Assembly (NCBI GenBank): GCA_030167865.1
Contig: JALAGF010003533.1
Location: 1 to 64,000 of the forward strand
Direction: 5' to 3'
Source of the DNA: Craspedostauros australis
Lineage: Eukaryota
Length of the DNA stretch: 64,000 nucleotides
The stretch's first letter is position 1. Every line of letters begins with the position of its first letter. Below the pieces are notes generated by a model, which did no database searches, was not told where the DNA came from, and was given only the letters and a program-made list of their open reading frames with translations. Below, in pieces: positions 12,250-23,874 of the stretch. Both the position numbers and the translations under genes were made by a program.

Positions 12250-12785
12250 AGTACTTGTACCAAATGTACCATACATCCCCACAGCCATACATGACAGCTG
12301 CGCAACACACGCGTCCTACTCGCAGTTTGATACCACGCAGGCGCAGAACAGTATCAGTAGAGCACATACTTCAACCTGCTCTATCTGCTAGTTACTTGCA
12401 TAGATCGACCGTTGGTCTTGCCATTGTGTTCCTTGATAGCCAAACGGAGATGGAAGCCCCCGACAATTGTTTTTCCTTCAATGGTGCATGGTACGGTGCA
12501 GTATGGTATTTGGCCCGGTACATATCTACGAGTGCTGTGCCGGGCTATTCCATCGCATTCGCTCCACATCATTCGCCGTACTGGTAGAGCATACGCACCA
12601 AGACAACATTCCATGATAGTACTCGTAGTATCGTAGTATCGTTCGTACAGTGTGTATGCTACCCATATGCGTCAGTATTGGATGGCTGGTATGATCCTTC
12701 GTGCTCTTGTGCAACAGTACGTATGTACGTACAACTACTTGCGAGGTGGAAACAAGGCTTGATCTCATCTCACATCGCCGCAACC

Positions 12786-14582
12786 TCAGACATCCTCATC
12801 CGCCCTTCTCTTTGGATCCGGATCCGACTCGTTGTCAGTCTTCCGCTTGTAGCCGGTGCCCTTGGCCTTGGGACCCCAGTTCTTCGTTGGATTGTGCGGA
12901 AACCGTGGAGCGTTTGTGGAGAATCGCTCCTCCAACTTGCCCTTCGGAACAGTGAAATCGACATCGATGCTTGGTTCCTTGGCCAGCACCTTGGCTTCGA
13001 GGCTGTCTGGCTTGGGCGCCTTCTTCGTTGGGTTCTTCTTGATCCACGCTCTCATGATGTCCCAGATTACGGAGTTGGGGGCCGTTGTCTTGATGGCGTG
13101 GGGCTCCTTGTGGTACCCGGAAACTTCGTACCCAGCATTGATGATCGCAGCCATGACGGGTTGCAAGGGCGGATTGGAGCAGTGGAGGAATTTGCTGAGG
13201 CTCGGGAGCTGATAGTACAGAGGTGTGTCGAGCTCTTCGTGGACGCTGGACAGCAGACCCAGCAGCCGCTGTTTGGTGGCAAGGAGACTAAGATCGGGCG
13301 TCACGTCCGTGGTTGGAGGTTTGGAATTGAGTCGGTCGATGGCGGTCTTCACGACATCCTTGTCATGCAATGGTCCGAGCCAGAGCGGCCCGCCAAGCTT
13401 GAGCTGCGAACCCGTCTCTTCGCACGCAGCGGGGTGGACGCGAGACGATTGGTACACTCTCTTGTTCGAGCCTCCCATCTGACCGTGCGGGATGATGTGG
13501 AATGATGGACACGCGGTCGACTGGTAGACATTGCCGATATTGAGCGAGAGATCCTGGACCCCCTTCTTGTCGTTGTTGATCTCGATAAAGACGCGGACGT
13601 AAAACGCCATGCCGACGGACAGAACGGGTTTTATCGTCCTGCCGTACCGGGCCGCGCTGACTGAGATGGTGTACAGCAACAGCCTCAGCGCCAGTTCCTG
13701 CAGATATTGCGATGATCGAATGGGCAGACCTGCGTACCGGCCGTAAGCTGTTTCGGGATGAGATCCACCCAGAGCCGCCATGTCCGTGCAGGTGATGCAC
13801 AGGAGACCGCCGCTTTCGACGGCTTGCACTGCGCCATCGATGAATGGCGCAGCACTCCCATAGGGATCCAGATCGATGACATCCCACATGGTCTTCTGCT
13901 TTAGCTGGTGTCCTTTCGCCCTGAGCTGCCGCGGGCGCCGGGACATGTACATCTCGTGCGTCGCATCTCCGTGCAGGATGGCGATGCCTCGACCTCGTTC
14001 GTCGTTCGATTCCAGCCCCACGTGTTCCAAGGAATTGCTCTTGAGGTTGAGCTTGGCACGCTCCACTGCCGCCTCGTCCAGATCGTTGATGGTGATGTGC
14101 TTGACGCCAGGGATTTCATTCCAGTATCTCATCGATCGCAGACCAGACGCTGCCAGCGCATCCATAATGGCGAGACCGTCGTCGGAAGAATCAGATGCGG
14201 CCGCGCCAGCTTCTGCCTGTTCAGTGGAAGCATGCGCGCTTTGTGCCTGCTTGGCGTCCTGATCCTTGACCAGCTTGGCACCATCCAGCGTGGCCTCGTA
14301 CTCCTTGAGCTTCTCCTTGAGCTCGGCCTCCTTGACGATACCCGCGCTGCGAAGCTCCTTCTTCTTTGCGCGCAGGGCGTTGCGCACGGCCCTGCGTTCT
14401 GCATAGAGCGTGATCATGAGAACGCTGAGATCGCGGTTTTGCACCTGGACTGGGTTGTAAAACACCGTGGCCTCCTGATCTGCCGGGTAGATCATCTTGG
14501 ACGAGCCTTCCTGGATGGTCTTGAATCCCTCGATCGCCACATCCTGCGTCTTGGTTGTGGTTTCCTCTGTTGTGGTGGACAT
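12786..14582 (-). CDS. TRM1: tRNA (guanine26-N2,N2)-dimethyltransferase
   Basis: Motifs VFYNPVQVQNRDLS, DALAASGLRSMRY, IDLDPYGSA, GPLWLGPLHD and NPTKNWGPK. First in-frame ATG is at 14582. Confidence 0.97.
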   Translation of the reverse strand: MSTTTEETTTKTQDVAIEGFKTIQEGSSKMIYPADQEATVFYNPVQVQNRDLSVLMITLYAERRAVRNALRAKKKELRSAGIVKEAELKEKLKEYEATLDGAKLVKDQDAKQAQSAHASTEQAEAGAAASDSSDDGLAIMDALAASGLRSMRYWNEIPGVKHITINDLDEAAVERAKLNLKSNSLEHVGLESNDERGRGIAILHGDATHEMYMSRRPRQLRAKGHQLKQKTMWDVIDLDPYGSAAPFIDGAVQAVESGGLLCITCTDMAALGGSHPETAYGRYAGLPIRSSQYLQELALRLLLYTISVSAARYGRTIKPVLSVGMAFYVRVFIEINNDKKGVQDLSLNIGNVYQSTACPSFHIIPHGQMGGSNKRVYQSSRVHPAACEETGSQLKLGGPLWLGPLHDKDVVKTAIDRLNSKPPTTDVTPDLSLLATKQRLLGLLSSVHEELDTPLYYQLPSLSKFLHCSNPPLQPVMAAIINAGYEVSGYHKEPHAIKTTAPNSVIWDIMRAWIKKNPTKKAPKPDSLEAKVLAKEPSIDVDFTVPKGKLEERFSTNAPRFPHNPTKNWGPKAKGTGYKRKTDNESDPDPKRRADEDV

Positions 14583-15412
14583 ATTGATCCTGCCTGGGAT
14601 GAGCTGCGGGATGCCGCGCGTGCACTCGTAGTTGCGGCTGTGGTAATGAATGCGGCCGTGGTTGCGGCTGCTGCAATCGCGTGGGCGTTGGCACAGAGCT
14701 TTGCCGAAGGCGCGCGTGGTCGGAGAAAGATGAGCAGCTGCAACGGCGGTGACGGACCGATGCGTCTTGTGTGGTCGGACGAGGTCAGCAAGTCGTCCAC
14801 ACGCGCTTCTGCTGCCTGCAAACCTGTGAATCCGCGTTATGATGGATGGTGGATGATGAATCTTGGCTGGTGATGGATGTTGAATGTCTTCGACGGCACG
14901 CTGCACTCTCTGCTACTATATGGAGAGAGGTACCGGTGATCGTGAGCGGAGCTTGTTGGTAAGTTGTAGAATAGGATGCAGTGTCGCACTTCAGAGTTTG
15001 GATCTGGTGTGTGTGTTCGCATTGGTGGATCTATCGCGATGAACAGAGAGACAAGATGATCCGTGTTGGCAGTCGTCTCGGAGCTCATTTTTTGTCGTGT
15101 TTCGGTTCTTCGCGTGTTTTCGGTGGTGGTGACCACGTTTGTGGGCTGCATTCCACGAACGAGAAATCATTAAGGACTATTTATGCTCCATAGATTGCAT
15201 GTTGTTGTCCAGAGAAATGCAGATCCTCTGATAGATCCTGCCAACGAACACAACGCGAAAGAACTTGGACGACACGAAGCAGAACTCGCACAAGCCAGAG
15301 AGTATTGGTGCCAACACTGAACACGAAAGCAAGAAGAGCAAGAAGAGCAAGAAGAGCAAGACAAACAACAAAACGTGTACCAATACCAATACCAATACCA
15401 AGCAGTTGAGAC

Positions 15413-15790
15413 ATGTCGGAAACATTGAGGAAGTACGCTGCATTCTTGGGCGCGACAGGCATCGCGTTGGGTGCCTTCGGGGCCCACGGATTGAAGAACA
15501 CGCTGACGCAGCGCAATTCGATGGAGAACTGGAAGACGGCGACGATCTATCAGATGTTCCACGCATCGACCGTGCTGGTGCTGTCCATGATGCAGACGGG
15601 TGAATCGGAAGAAGCCCAGGCCACCATCAACCGTGCTGGCAACCTCATGACGCTCGGGACCGTCATGTTCTCTGGCTCCATTTACGCGCTCAGTTTGGGC
15701 ATCGGTCCCAAAAAGCTGTTGGGCCCGACAACGCCCGTTGGTGGGTTGCTCATGATAGGTGGGTGGGCTATGCTGGGATTCACTTCGTGA
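15413..15790 (+). CDS. TMEM256: TMEM256/DUF423 small membrane protein
   Basis: Motifs GAFGAHGL, WKTA..YQMFH, FSGSIY and LGPTTPVGG; 125 aa. Confidence 0.93.
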   Translation: MSETLRKYAAFLGATGIALGAFGAHGLKNTLTQRNSMENWKTATIYQMFHASTVLVLSMMQTGESEEAQATINRAGNLMTLGTVMFSGSIYALSLGIGPKKLLGPTTPVGGLLMIGGWAMLGFTS

Positions 15791-16404
15791 ATGCAGGGAG
15801 ACTAGCAAGGATGGCTGCAAGAAGAGGAGGGCTCCATTCGGCTCCTCGCAACAAAAGGAGATGGAGAGATACCACAACCAAGTGGAGCAGAGTGAAGTGG
15901 AGTGGAGTGGAGTACTGTACGACTATGCTTGTGGAAGAATGCGAGAGCGACAGAATCGGTCCGCGATCCTCACTCGCCATTTGCTCTGTGAGAAGAGAGG
16001 TAGCAACGACTTGCCAACAACTTGCCAACAGCTTGCGAACAACCATCAGCAGCACCGAATGATGCAAGTGCACTCTACTTCTCATCATGAGTTTTTACTT
16101 TCTATGTAGTGCGTAGTGCATAGAGCAGAGTGGAGTATTCTACCATCCTCTTACTCTGCCTCACGTTACTTTGCTTACTTTTGTACATATAATAGAAGAG
16201 AGGTACGACTTGGAGCATCTTGGCTGCCCCATCTTGCTCGTGTTTGCGAGCGTCCGTCCATGCGTTCGACGACCCGTCCACTTGTTCGCCAACTTAGCTG
16301 CCTCCCTTGCCAGCATTGCACCATTGGCATGGATCCGTATCGACAGGCGATTGCCTCTGTTGTCCCTGTCGTCTCAACCGCCTCTAACACGTCTACGATC
16401 GCTA

Positions 16405-17346
16405 CTACCGTTCGTAGTTCTCGTATTGCTCATCCTGTGCAGTGTAGACTGTGTCGATGTCTGCCTCCAGTCTGTGAGCGTTTGCTCCGAAGAAGACGCC
16501 ATCAAGGCACGCGACCCAAGCATACGGATCCTTCTCGTATTCTCTCTGCTCTTCGTACTCCTCCTGCGACGTTTCCGCGAGACTGCTGCGATCGCTCTCT
16601 GTCACGGCTGTGGCTTCTTCCTCCTTGTCGAACTGGGGATTCCATGCAGACGTGAAGCCGCAGCCGGAGAAGCCTGTCTCGAGCTGCCGCATTCGCGTGG
16701 TCTCCGTGAGTGCGGATGTCACGGAAAGGCTCTTGTCATCAGGTTCGTCCAACGAGGTGAGCATCGCCTCGCCGAAGTAGCAGTGGAACAGCGACTGCGT
16801 TCTGTCCAGCCGCTCCTTCGTCGCACGCTTGTCTCCCATCTCGAGCACCGAATGGTGAATCGTCCGGCGAGCCTTGCCGTGGAAGTCCTGTATGCGGGCC
16901 GTCACCCTCTTGTACAGCTTCGTCTCGAGGATCAGGGCTCCCCACGCCCTCGCCACGATGTTGGAGGGCGAGAGCAGGTTGCCAGGAATGAACTCCTCCA
17001 TCACCACCTTCAGTTCGAGGAAGTGGATGAGGCTTCGGATGACTTGGCTGCGCTGGTGGTGGTCCAGCTCTGGGATGATGTGGGTCAGGACGGTCTCGAT
17101 CTGGTTCCATTGACTGAACGGCTTGTCCAGAACGCTGTCGAAGTGCCCGGCTGGGATCACGATCTGCTTCTTCGTGTCCCTCCCCGTCCTTCGCTGCTTG
17201 TTGCTGCCGGTGCTGCCGCTTGCGCTGTGGCCGCTGTTGGTCATGGTCGCGATCTCGTCGTTATGACTGCGGTTGGAGCTGGTGGACGCCCTGGTCTTTC
17301 GTTTTCGTACAGCCGACTTCGATTGAAGGAATTGAAGCGGAGGCAT
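16405..17346 (-). CDS. Hypothetical protein resembling the glycine-rich-domain-containing (GRDP-like) family
   Basis: 313-aa ATG ORF with coding-like codon use. FLELKV...LSPSNIVARAWGALILETKLY...IHHS resembles the PS..VD..WH..IL.T..Y..IHH family pattern. Confidence 0.6.
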   Translation of the reverse strand: MPPLQFLQSKSAVRKRKTRASTSSNRSHNDEIATMTNSGHSASGSTGSNKQRRTGRDTKKQIVIPAGHFDSVLDKPFSQWNQIETVLTHIIPELDHHQRSQVIRSLIHFLELKVVMEEFIPGNLLSPSNIVARAWGALILETKLYKRVTARIQDFHGKARRTIHHSVLEMGDKRATKERLDRTQSLFHCYFGEAMLTSLDEPDDKSLSVTSALTETTRMRQLETGFSGCGFTSAWNPQFDKEEEATAVTESDRSSLAETSQEEYEEQREYEKDPYAWVACLDGVFFGANAHRLEADIDTVYTAQDEQYENYER

Positions 17347-18480
17347 CGTAGTTTCTTGCCCGTGCGATTATGGTGCGCAGGAGCGTGGGGCGTGTGGAGC
17401 TTCCGAGTCCTCGATTGATGTTGCTGGCACTCTCGCTGTTCAGAACGTTGATGGGACGGATGGCGATCTTTAGCTCGTGTTTTGTGTGGTGGACTGAGAG
17501 GACATTGGCCTTTGCTCTTGTGCCCTGCTATCGTAAGTACTGATGTGCAGGGACTGCTGTGCTGCCGTTGTGCTTCTGTATTGCTGCAATTGCTCGTCCG
17601 CGCCAAAGTATCGCTTCGCGCAGCCGGTGTGGTGTTCCTGAGGGATCAGAACTCTGACCCAAATTTGCAACGATTGCGAATGTCAAGAGATGCGCCTCTT
17701 GGAGCGATCATGGTGCGCTGGTCACGACCTACTCCATCGCAGTCCATCACAGTGCATCGCAGCCCATCACACTCCGACGCAGAGAGACAGAGCGAAACGG
17801 GAAATGTTGGACCCTGGGACGGCGACCACAACAGCAACATCGGCATCAACAACGGAAACAGAAATGAGCCTGGGACTGCATCAGCGTCGCACGTCGATTT
17901 CGTTCACAATTTTCCGTCCTCCAACCAACAAATGTGATCACAAATTGGTGGAGCCGTCGCGATGCAACGAGCAAAATTATGCTGTTGTCTAACGTTCCTA
18001 AACGTCCGGCTGTCCGAAAAATCTAACACACAGCGAAACACAGGCAAAAAAGGATCGCTGCGCGCAAGTTGGCCGACATTCCATGTCCGGTTGGTGGCCG
18101 CATTTATGTGGGTCTTTGTGTTGTCCAACCCATACCGCAATCACAATTGGCGACCAATTCGTCTTCCCTGTGCACCGATCAACCGCACAATCAACAAGAC
18201 AATCAGGTGTCCGTGCCATACCAAATTGTATTGGTAGACCGCCATAGTATGTATGCCCGCACGATACTATGTGATAAACCTACTCTGCAGAGAGTAGGTA
18301 GAGAGAGGGAGGGAGGGATTCAGCTGCTGCTGCTCAATTCGCCTTGGCTTTCGTGTTTGAGGAGTAACTTTGATTCGTTTCTGCCATGCGCGCCATGTGG
18401 CGGATAAGGATTGCATTACATCCATGGTCGAGTATGCTTATGTGCGAGATCTGTGTGTAGAGCACTCGTTTGTGTGTGTG

Positions 18481-18500
18481 TCTCTCTCTCTCTCTCTCTC
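18481..18500. repeat. (TC)n microsatellite
   Basis: Ten TC units following a short GT run. Confidence 0.9.
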
Positions 18501-18940
18501 TGCAGCATCTCAACTTGTCAACTTGGATCCTGCTCTGCTGTCCTCGTCGCAACGCCTGCTGAGTTTGCTTGGAAGTGTTGCGTATTCTACTTCACCGAAT
18601 GCAGACATGACAAAGTACTTCAACAGCCCTTAAAACACTTTCTGTTCTTCAATCGTCTGTCATGTGCCCGTGTGTGCAATGGACCGCAAACAAAACTGGA
18701 TCAACTTTTTTGTGATGGATGGGTGAGTGACGACAGTGCAAACGACAAAGAACAAGGAAGCCAGAAAGCCAGCAGATCATCCCGACAGACATCATCACAC
18801 CACACATCAAAAAAGTGATCTGGCTCTCCGTCCTTGAACTCTTGCAGCGACATACTCCCGGCTCTACCAGCGTTGCCACCATTATCGACGACAACAATAC
18901 GACTTCATTGCCACGCTACCCAATACTCTACCATACGAAC

Positions 18941-20950
18941 ATGAAATTCTGGAGTGTCCCTTGCCTTTTGCTGCTGTTGGTGCAGTCCACAGATGCCTTC
19001 GTGGTGCAGTCGACCACTGGGCGGAGCTCCGCCAATTTGCGGCAGCATGGCCGAGTGATGGGCACGACGGCGCTGGGCATGGCTCTGGACGATGCCACCA
19101 TCAATCGGCTGGAAGGAATCCGCAGATCGTACCAAGCTCTGACGGAACGCCTTGCAGATCCCGATGTGCTCGGCGACTCCAGGCTGCTTCAGAAGGTCAT
19201 GTCTGACAGATCAAAGAGCGAAGAGGTCGTGCTGGCGTACGAGGAGTACATGGGGCTCAAGGAAGAGCTGGACGGTGCCAAGGAGCTCTTTCAGGATGCA
19301 GGCGACGATGCCGAAATGAGGGAGATGGCACGCAGCGAGATGAAGGAGATTGAACCGCAGATGGATGAACTTCAAGAGAAGATCAAGATCCTCATGCTTC
19401 CGCAGGATCCCAACGATGACCGCAACATCATGCTAGAGATCCGAGCAGGAACAGGCGGTTCCGAGGCCAACATCTTTGCCGGTACGTCAGGCCGATTCCA
19501 CTGCTGTTGACCGATTTTGTCCCGCGCTATCTGCATAGCTATTATACTACGTACGATACTCCTACATGCCTGTTGGCTGAGGCCTCTACCAGCCGACTGG
19601 GCAAAATCGAAATGGTGGGAAGACTTGGGCGCCAGGAGAGTGTTGTATGGCATGGCAAAATGTGACCTTCAACTTATCCACACATACCACCCGACACGCC
19701 ACCATACTCGTACGAGTCCGATGTGCTCCAATGCATCATACTGCTCGAAGTCCCTTGCGTCGATACTAAGACATTTGCATGGATTTGTGCTGGCCTCTCC
19801 AGACGATCCCATTTTCGCAACTCCATTACTCACTCTGTTCAACTTGCTTGTTTTCTCCACTCTTCAACGCAACGCTGCTGATCCGCGCGCTCTTGGCATC
19901 GACACCACCAATATTCTCACAGGCGATTTGCTCGACGTGTATAGAAAGTACATATCGACGAACGGATGGAAGGCGAGCATCATCGACGAGTCAACAGGGG
20001 ACGATGGTGGCTTCAAAAATGTAGTGATGGAGGTGACCGGTGACAAGGTGTACTCCAAGATGAAGTGGGAGGCCGGTGTGCACAGAGTGCAGCGGGTGCC
20101 AGCAACCGAAACCCAGGGACGTGTCCACACATCGACCGCGACGGTTGCCATCATGCCAGAATGCGACGAGGTCGACGTCAAGATCGATGTCAAGGATATC
20201 GAGATGTCCACCATGCGATCTGGAGGTGCTGGTGGTCAGGTAAGTTCGATCGCGCGCTCGCACGCACACACCACATATATCTTGCAATATGCGTATGAAG
20301 ATACTTGAAACGAGAGCAGAATTGGAAGTCGTCAGAATTACAAATGCACCAACAACGATGGTCGTCATGCGCAATTGCAACTGCGACTCTGGGGATTCCA
20401 CGTGACACGGAGACCTGGTTGACTGCAACCAAAAGAATACCAACTCCAAAATTCTGCTGCAATACTTGCGCCCTAACAAAACAATGACCGCACATAACCA
20501 TGCAACGCGTTGTCATTACAATTGCGATTGCTATTGCTGCTGCATCCCAAACACATGATCCGATTGCAGAATGTCAACAAAGTCGAAACCGCTGTCGATC
20601 TGCTTCACAAGCCAACAGGGATCCGAATCAAGTGTACACAGGAAAGATCTCAGCTCAAGAACAAGGATCTTGCGATGAAGATGCTCATGTCGAAGCTCTA
20701 TGATATGGAGAACGAAAAGCGTGACATGGAGGAGCGCGAGCGCCGTGGATCGCAGATCGGAACAGGAGGCAGAAGCGAGAAGATCAGAACGTACAACTGG
20801 AAGGATTCGAGATGCTCGGATCACCGCCTTCGGCAGAACTTCCCTCTGGCCCAAATCCTGAATGGCGACATTGAGGCACTCCACACCGCGATGATCGTGA
20901 AGGATCAAGAGGAGAAGCTCCGCCTTGTCATGGAGGGAGCCATGGAGTAA
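18941..20950 (+). CDS. prfA: Plastid-targeted peptide chain release factor 1; exons 18941-19481, 19923-20239, 20570-20950; 412 aa
   Basis: Motifs [22 protein letters not shown] (PxT of RF1), GAGGQ|NVNK and RSEKIRTYN. Signal peptide ending STDA-FVV is an ASAF-type bipartite presequence. Confidence 0.95.
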
Positions 20951-21738
20951 TCAAAGATTTGCCCTCATTAGTCGCGATGAAGCTACTGTGGAGGACTCTC
21001 TCCGATCCACATGATTCGTGCTTTGACTTGTTTCGGTTTGTACAGATGGGCATGTTCTCGTGTATCGTCGCTGTCAGAGTCGAATAGAGTGATGTAGAAC
21101 AGAGTACTCGCAGGTGCTTATTCTTTCTATTCTGCTCTCGAGCTATACTGGTGAGTCATGGCTACGCTTGATTCTTCCGAAGTACAAAACGTGAAAATAT
21201 CAAAATAGAAGAAAAAGGAAATATACTGCATTCATGTTTTGTAACAATAAATAATTGTCAACGACCGCATATACCAAATTGCTTCTTGTGCAATTAACGG
21301 ACAGTAGTGTTCTCAACGACTTATTGGACTGTAACGTAGCCTGATGTCTCTACCTAGGGTAGAATCACTTCATCAATACGAAGAAATGGAACCTGTTTAC
21401 TCTATCCTATGCCAGATTCATTGCTTTGCACGACCACTTGTGCTTACCTCTTTGATGAAGGCTGTGCGATCTTCCTCATTGACACAGAATTCGTCTGACT
21501 GCAACATAATCCAACTCATGCAACACACCGCAGGTTGCCGTCCTCTATTCTGAGTCTTGCCGGGTACTGTGGCCGTCGGCGCATCAACAACGAACGAGAG
21601 GGAACAATGGGACCTGTTTCATCTGTCTGGTTTCCCAGGACTCTACAAATTATGTAGAATATGATATCATATTATACTTCTGTTCAGAGGTGCCATGCAG
21701 CAATCGACTGCATCCGATGCGTGTGGTCGCTGTCAGTC

Positions 21739-22674
21739 TCACAGCAACAGTACTGGGGACAGCTGGTACTTCATTCGAAAGGCATCGTCTCGTGAAGGCT
21801 CAACGTAGCAAAACCGTTTGCCTGCAAACAAAGCAAAGTCGCCATCCAACAGTCCATGCATCTCGTCCGAATGTGGATCCATCACATCAGTCGTCCGAGA
21901 AATGAGGTCGTCAATGTAAGAGGAGTTGAGTGCATGATTTTGAGCCACAATTTGCCGGCTGCTTTCAATGGCGAGCTGTTCCGAAAACCGTGAGAGTACG
22001 GGTATGCTTGGCTGCTGGGTTTGTTGAAGTCTTGTGTCCGCCACCTCGTTGCTTTGAGCTCCAATGGATTCCGTTTGGATGCCTTCAATGAGACCAACCG
22101 TTGATTCCTCGCCACGATCGTCACATTCTTGTCCGCAGGTTCCAGCTTGTCCATCGCTGGCTCCATCGAACGCCCTCGATGCTGGCGCTGACGATGGCAA
22201 CGGATCGTGCGCAAGAACTACCTTATAAACCGAGCGCTTGCCCCGTTGTCTCGTGAGGGTTGAGCACTGGTCCAAATCCCCACGAACGAAGCGTGGGTGC
22301 TGGTAGCTTCCGCTGTCTGGCCCAAACATTGTTCGCTCGAAGCCGTACACATTCAGCTGCCTCTGGAATGATCTGAACTTGGTCTGGTTGAAGAAATGCG
22401 GGAGGATCTCGTTGGCGAATCTAGCTCGTTGATGGACCTTGAAAGAAGACTTGTTGGGAAGCCACGAAACGATGCCCTCGTGCCCGCTTGCGGCGGCGTA
22501 CTCCAGCATCTCGTGGAGTCGAAAGGGAAACGCAGCCAACGAGCCGGCTCGCGTTAGCGTCGGAGGGACAGTGCTGTCACTGACGCTCTTGCTGTCCTCG
22601 CCGTCGCCAACTCTCTGTTTGGCATCGTCGTTGTTGCTGTTACTGTTACTGTTGCTAGTGTTGCTGCTGTCCAT
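21739..22674 (-). CDS. Heat-shock transcription factor (HSF DNA-binding domain)
   Basis: Motifs FPFRLHEML, IVSWLP, FNQTKFRSFQRQLNVYGF and YQHPRFVRG. Probable start MDSSN at 22674. Confidence 0.93.
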   Translation of the reverse strand: MDSSNTSNSNSNSNNDDAKQRVGDGEDSKSVSDSTVPPTLTRAGSLAAFPFRLHEMLEYAAASGHEGIVSWLPNKSSFKVHQRARFANEILPHFFNQTKFRSFQRQLNVYGFERTMFGPDSGSYQHPRFVRGDLDQCSTLTRQRGKRSVYKVVLAHDPLPSSAPASRAFDGASDGQAGTCGQECDDRGEESTVGLIEGIQTESIGAQSNEVADTRLQQTQQPSIPVLSRFSEQLAIESSRQIVAQNHALNSSYIDDLISRTTDVMDPHSDEMHGLLDGDFALFAGKRFCYVEPSRDDAFRMKYQLSPVLLL

Positions 22675-23874
22675 GATTTTGGTGTTGACGTTGGAGATGT
22701 GGAGCTGTCTGTGTGAGTCGAATGCCAGGGCGTTGGTGCGATTGAATATCTGGTGGTAATTGAGCAGGATTTTATGAACCGACATCAAGCAAATCGATCA
22801 CGTACGAGCAGAGAGGCAAAATGTGACACCGTGATGGAGAGAGATGGGGCGATCTGCACGGCTGCTTTGTTGGACATTCCACGAAGGGGGACGATTTAGA
22901 GCAGCTCCACGTGTTTGGGGGAATTGGCACGAGTGCCCCACGCAAGTCCATAAGGTCTCTCGACTTTTTGTTGTGATCTTTGACTTTGTTCGTTGTTGTT
23001 CAAGATCGTCGCAGAAAATACGGGTGGACGCGCCACCAGCACTTCCTTGCTGCTTTGCGCGAAGCGTTGTTGACACGATTAATTTTCACAGGTTGCCAAA
23101 CCCCGACCGCGGCAGTATCTTTGCTCGTACTAACAAACGTTGATGGGCACGCCATCGGATGCGATTACTTGCGAACTGTGAATGGACGAGACGTGTTCGT
23201 TCCAGTACTGATGGTCGTGGAGAATGGCGAATGGAAAAAGTATCATTACCAATTATACATAGTAACCCGGAGGAATCGACTTTCTCTCACTTCGACATTG
23301 GGGAGGACAAGGAGAAGGCGATAATGATAAAATGAAGTGGGAAAGAATCAGAGGTTCTCCTCCACGAAGCGGCTGGCTGTTCCAGTGGTTGGTTCGTGGA
23401 CGGATTTTGTACGATTGCTTTCTGACCGCCCCACCTGAGATCTTGATGGAACACAGTCCTCTGGCTTCTCATGAGATCCATAGCAGAGAGTTGTACTACA
23501 CTCAACACGTACGAGCTATCCTTCTGCGGGATCTAGTTGACGCGGAGCGCTTGCGTCACGTCGAACACCCATACGATCCTTCGTCCCATGAAACGCCAGG
23601 CGAGATGGGAGCAGGAGAATGCGATGATGCATTACCTGTGCCGTTCATGGCGCTGCCATCCTTGGGTCACCGAGGTCTGCAAATCGCGCCCTGCTGCTAC
23701 TTTCCTCGCGTGATGCCGCATATCTCTGCCTCTTCGTCGCAGCGGTGGGCGCGGATCATGACGTGATGCGGTTTGCTCACGAAGCAACTCGGGAATATCA
23801 TCCTGCTTGATGCAATGGCGCTCTTGCACGCAAAAGGATTTGCCCAGTGGCCTTTTGTTGCGTGCAGTCCCTCA

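Noticed and set aside
16171-17418. 415-aa plus-strand ORF
   Set aside because: Antisense shadow of the minus-strand gene 16405-17346; no recognisable features.
18941-20950. Bacterial-type prfA as horizontal transfer or contamination
   Set aside because: It has spliceosomal introns and a bipartite plastid presequence, so it is an ordinary organelle-targeted nuclear gene.
23287-23830. Short ORFs between HSF and FAB1
   Set aside because: No motifs; consistent with the FAB1 3' region or the HSF upstream region.
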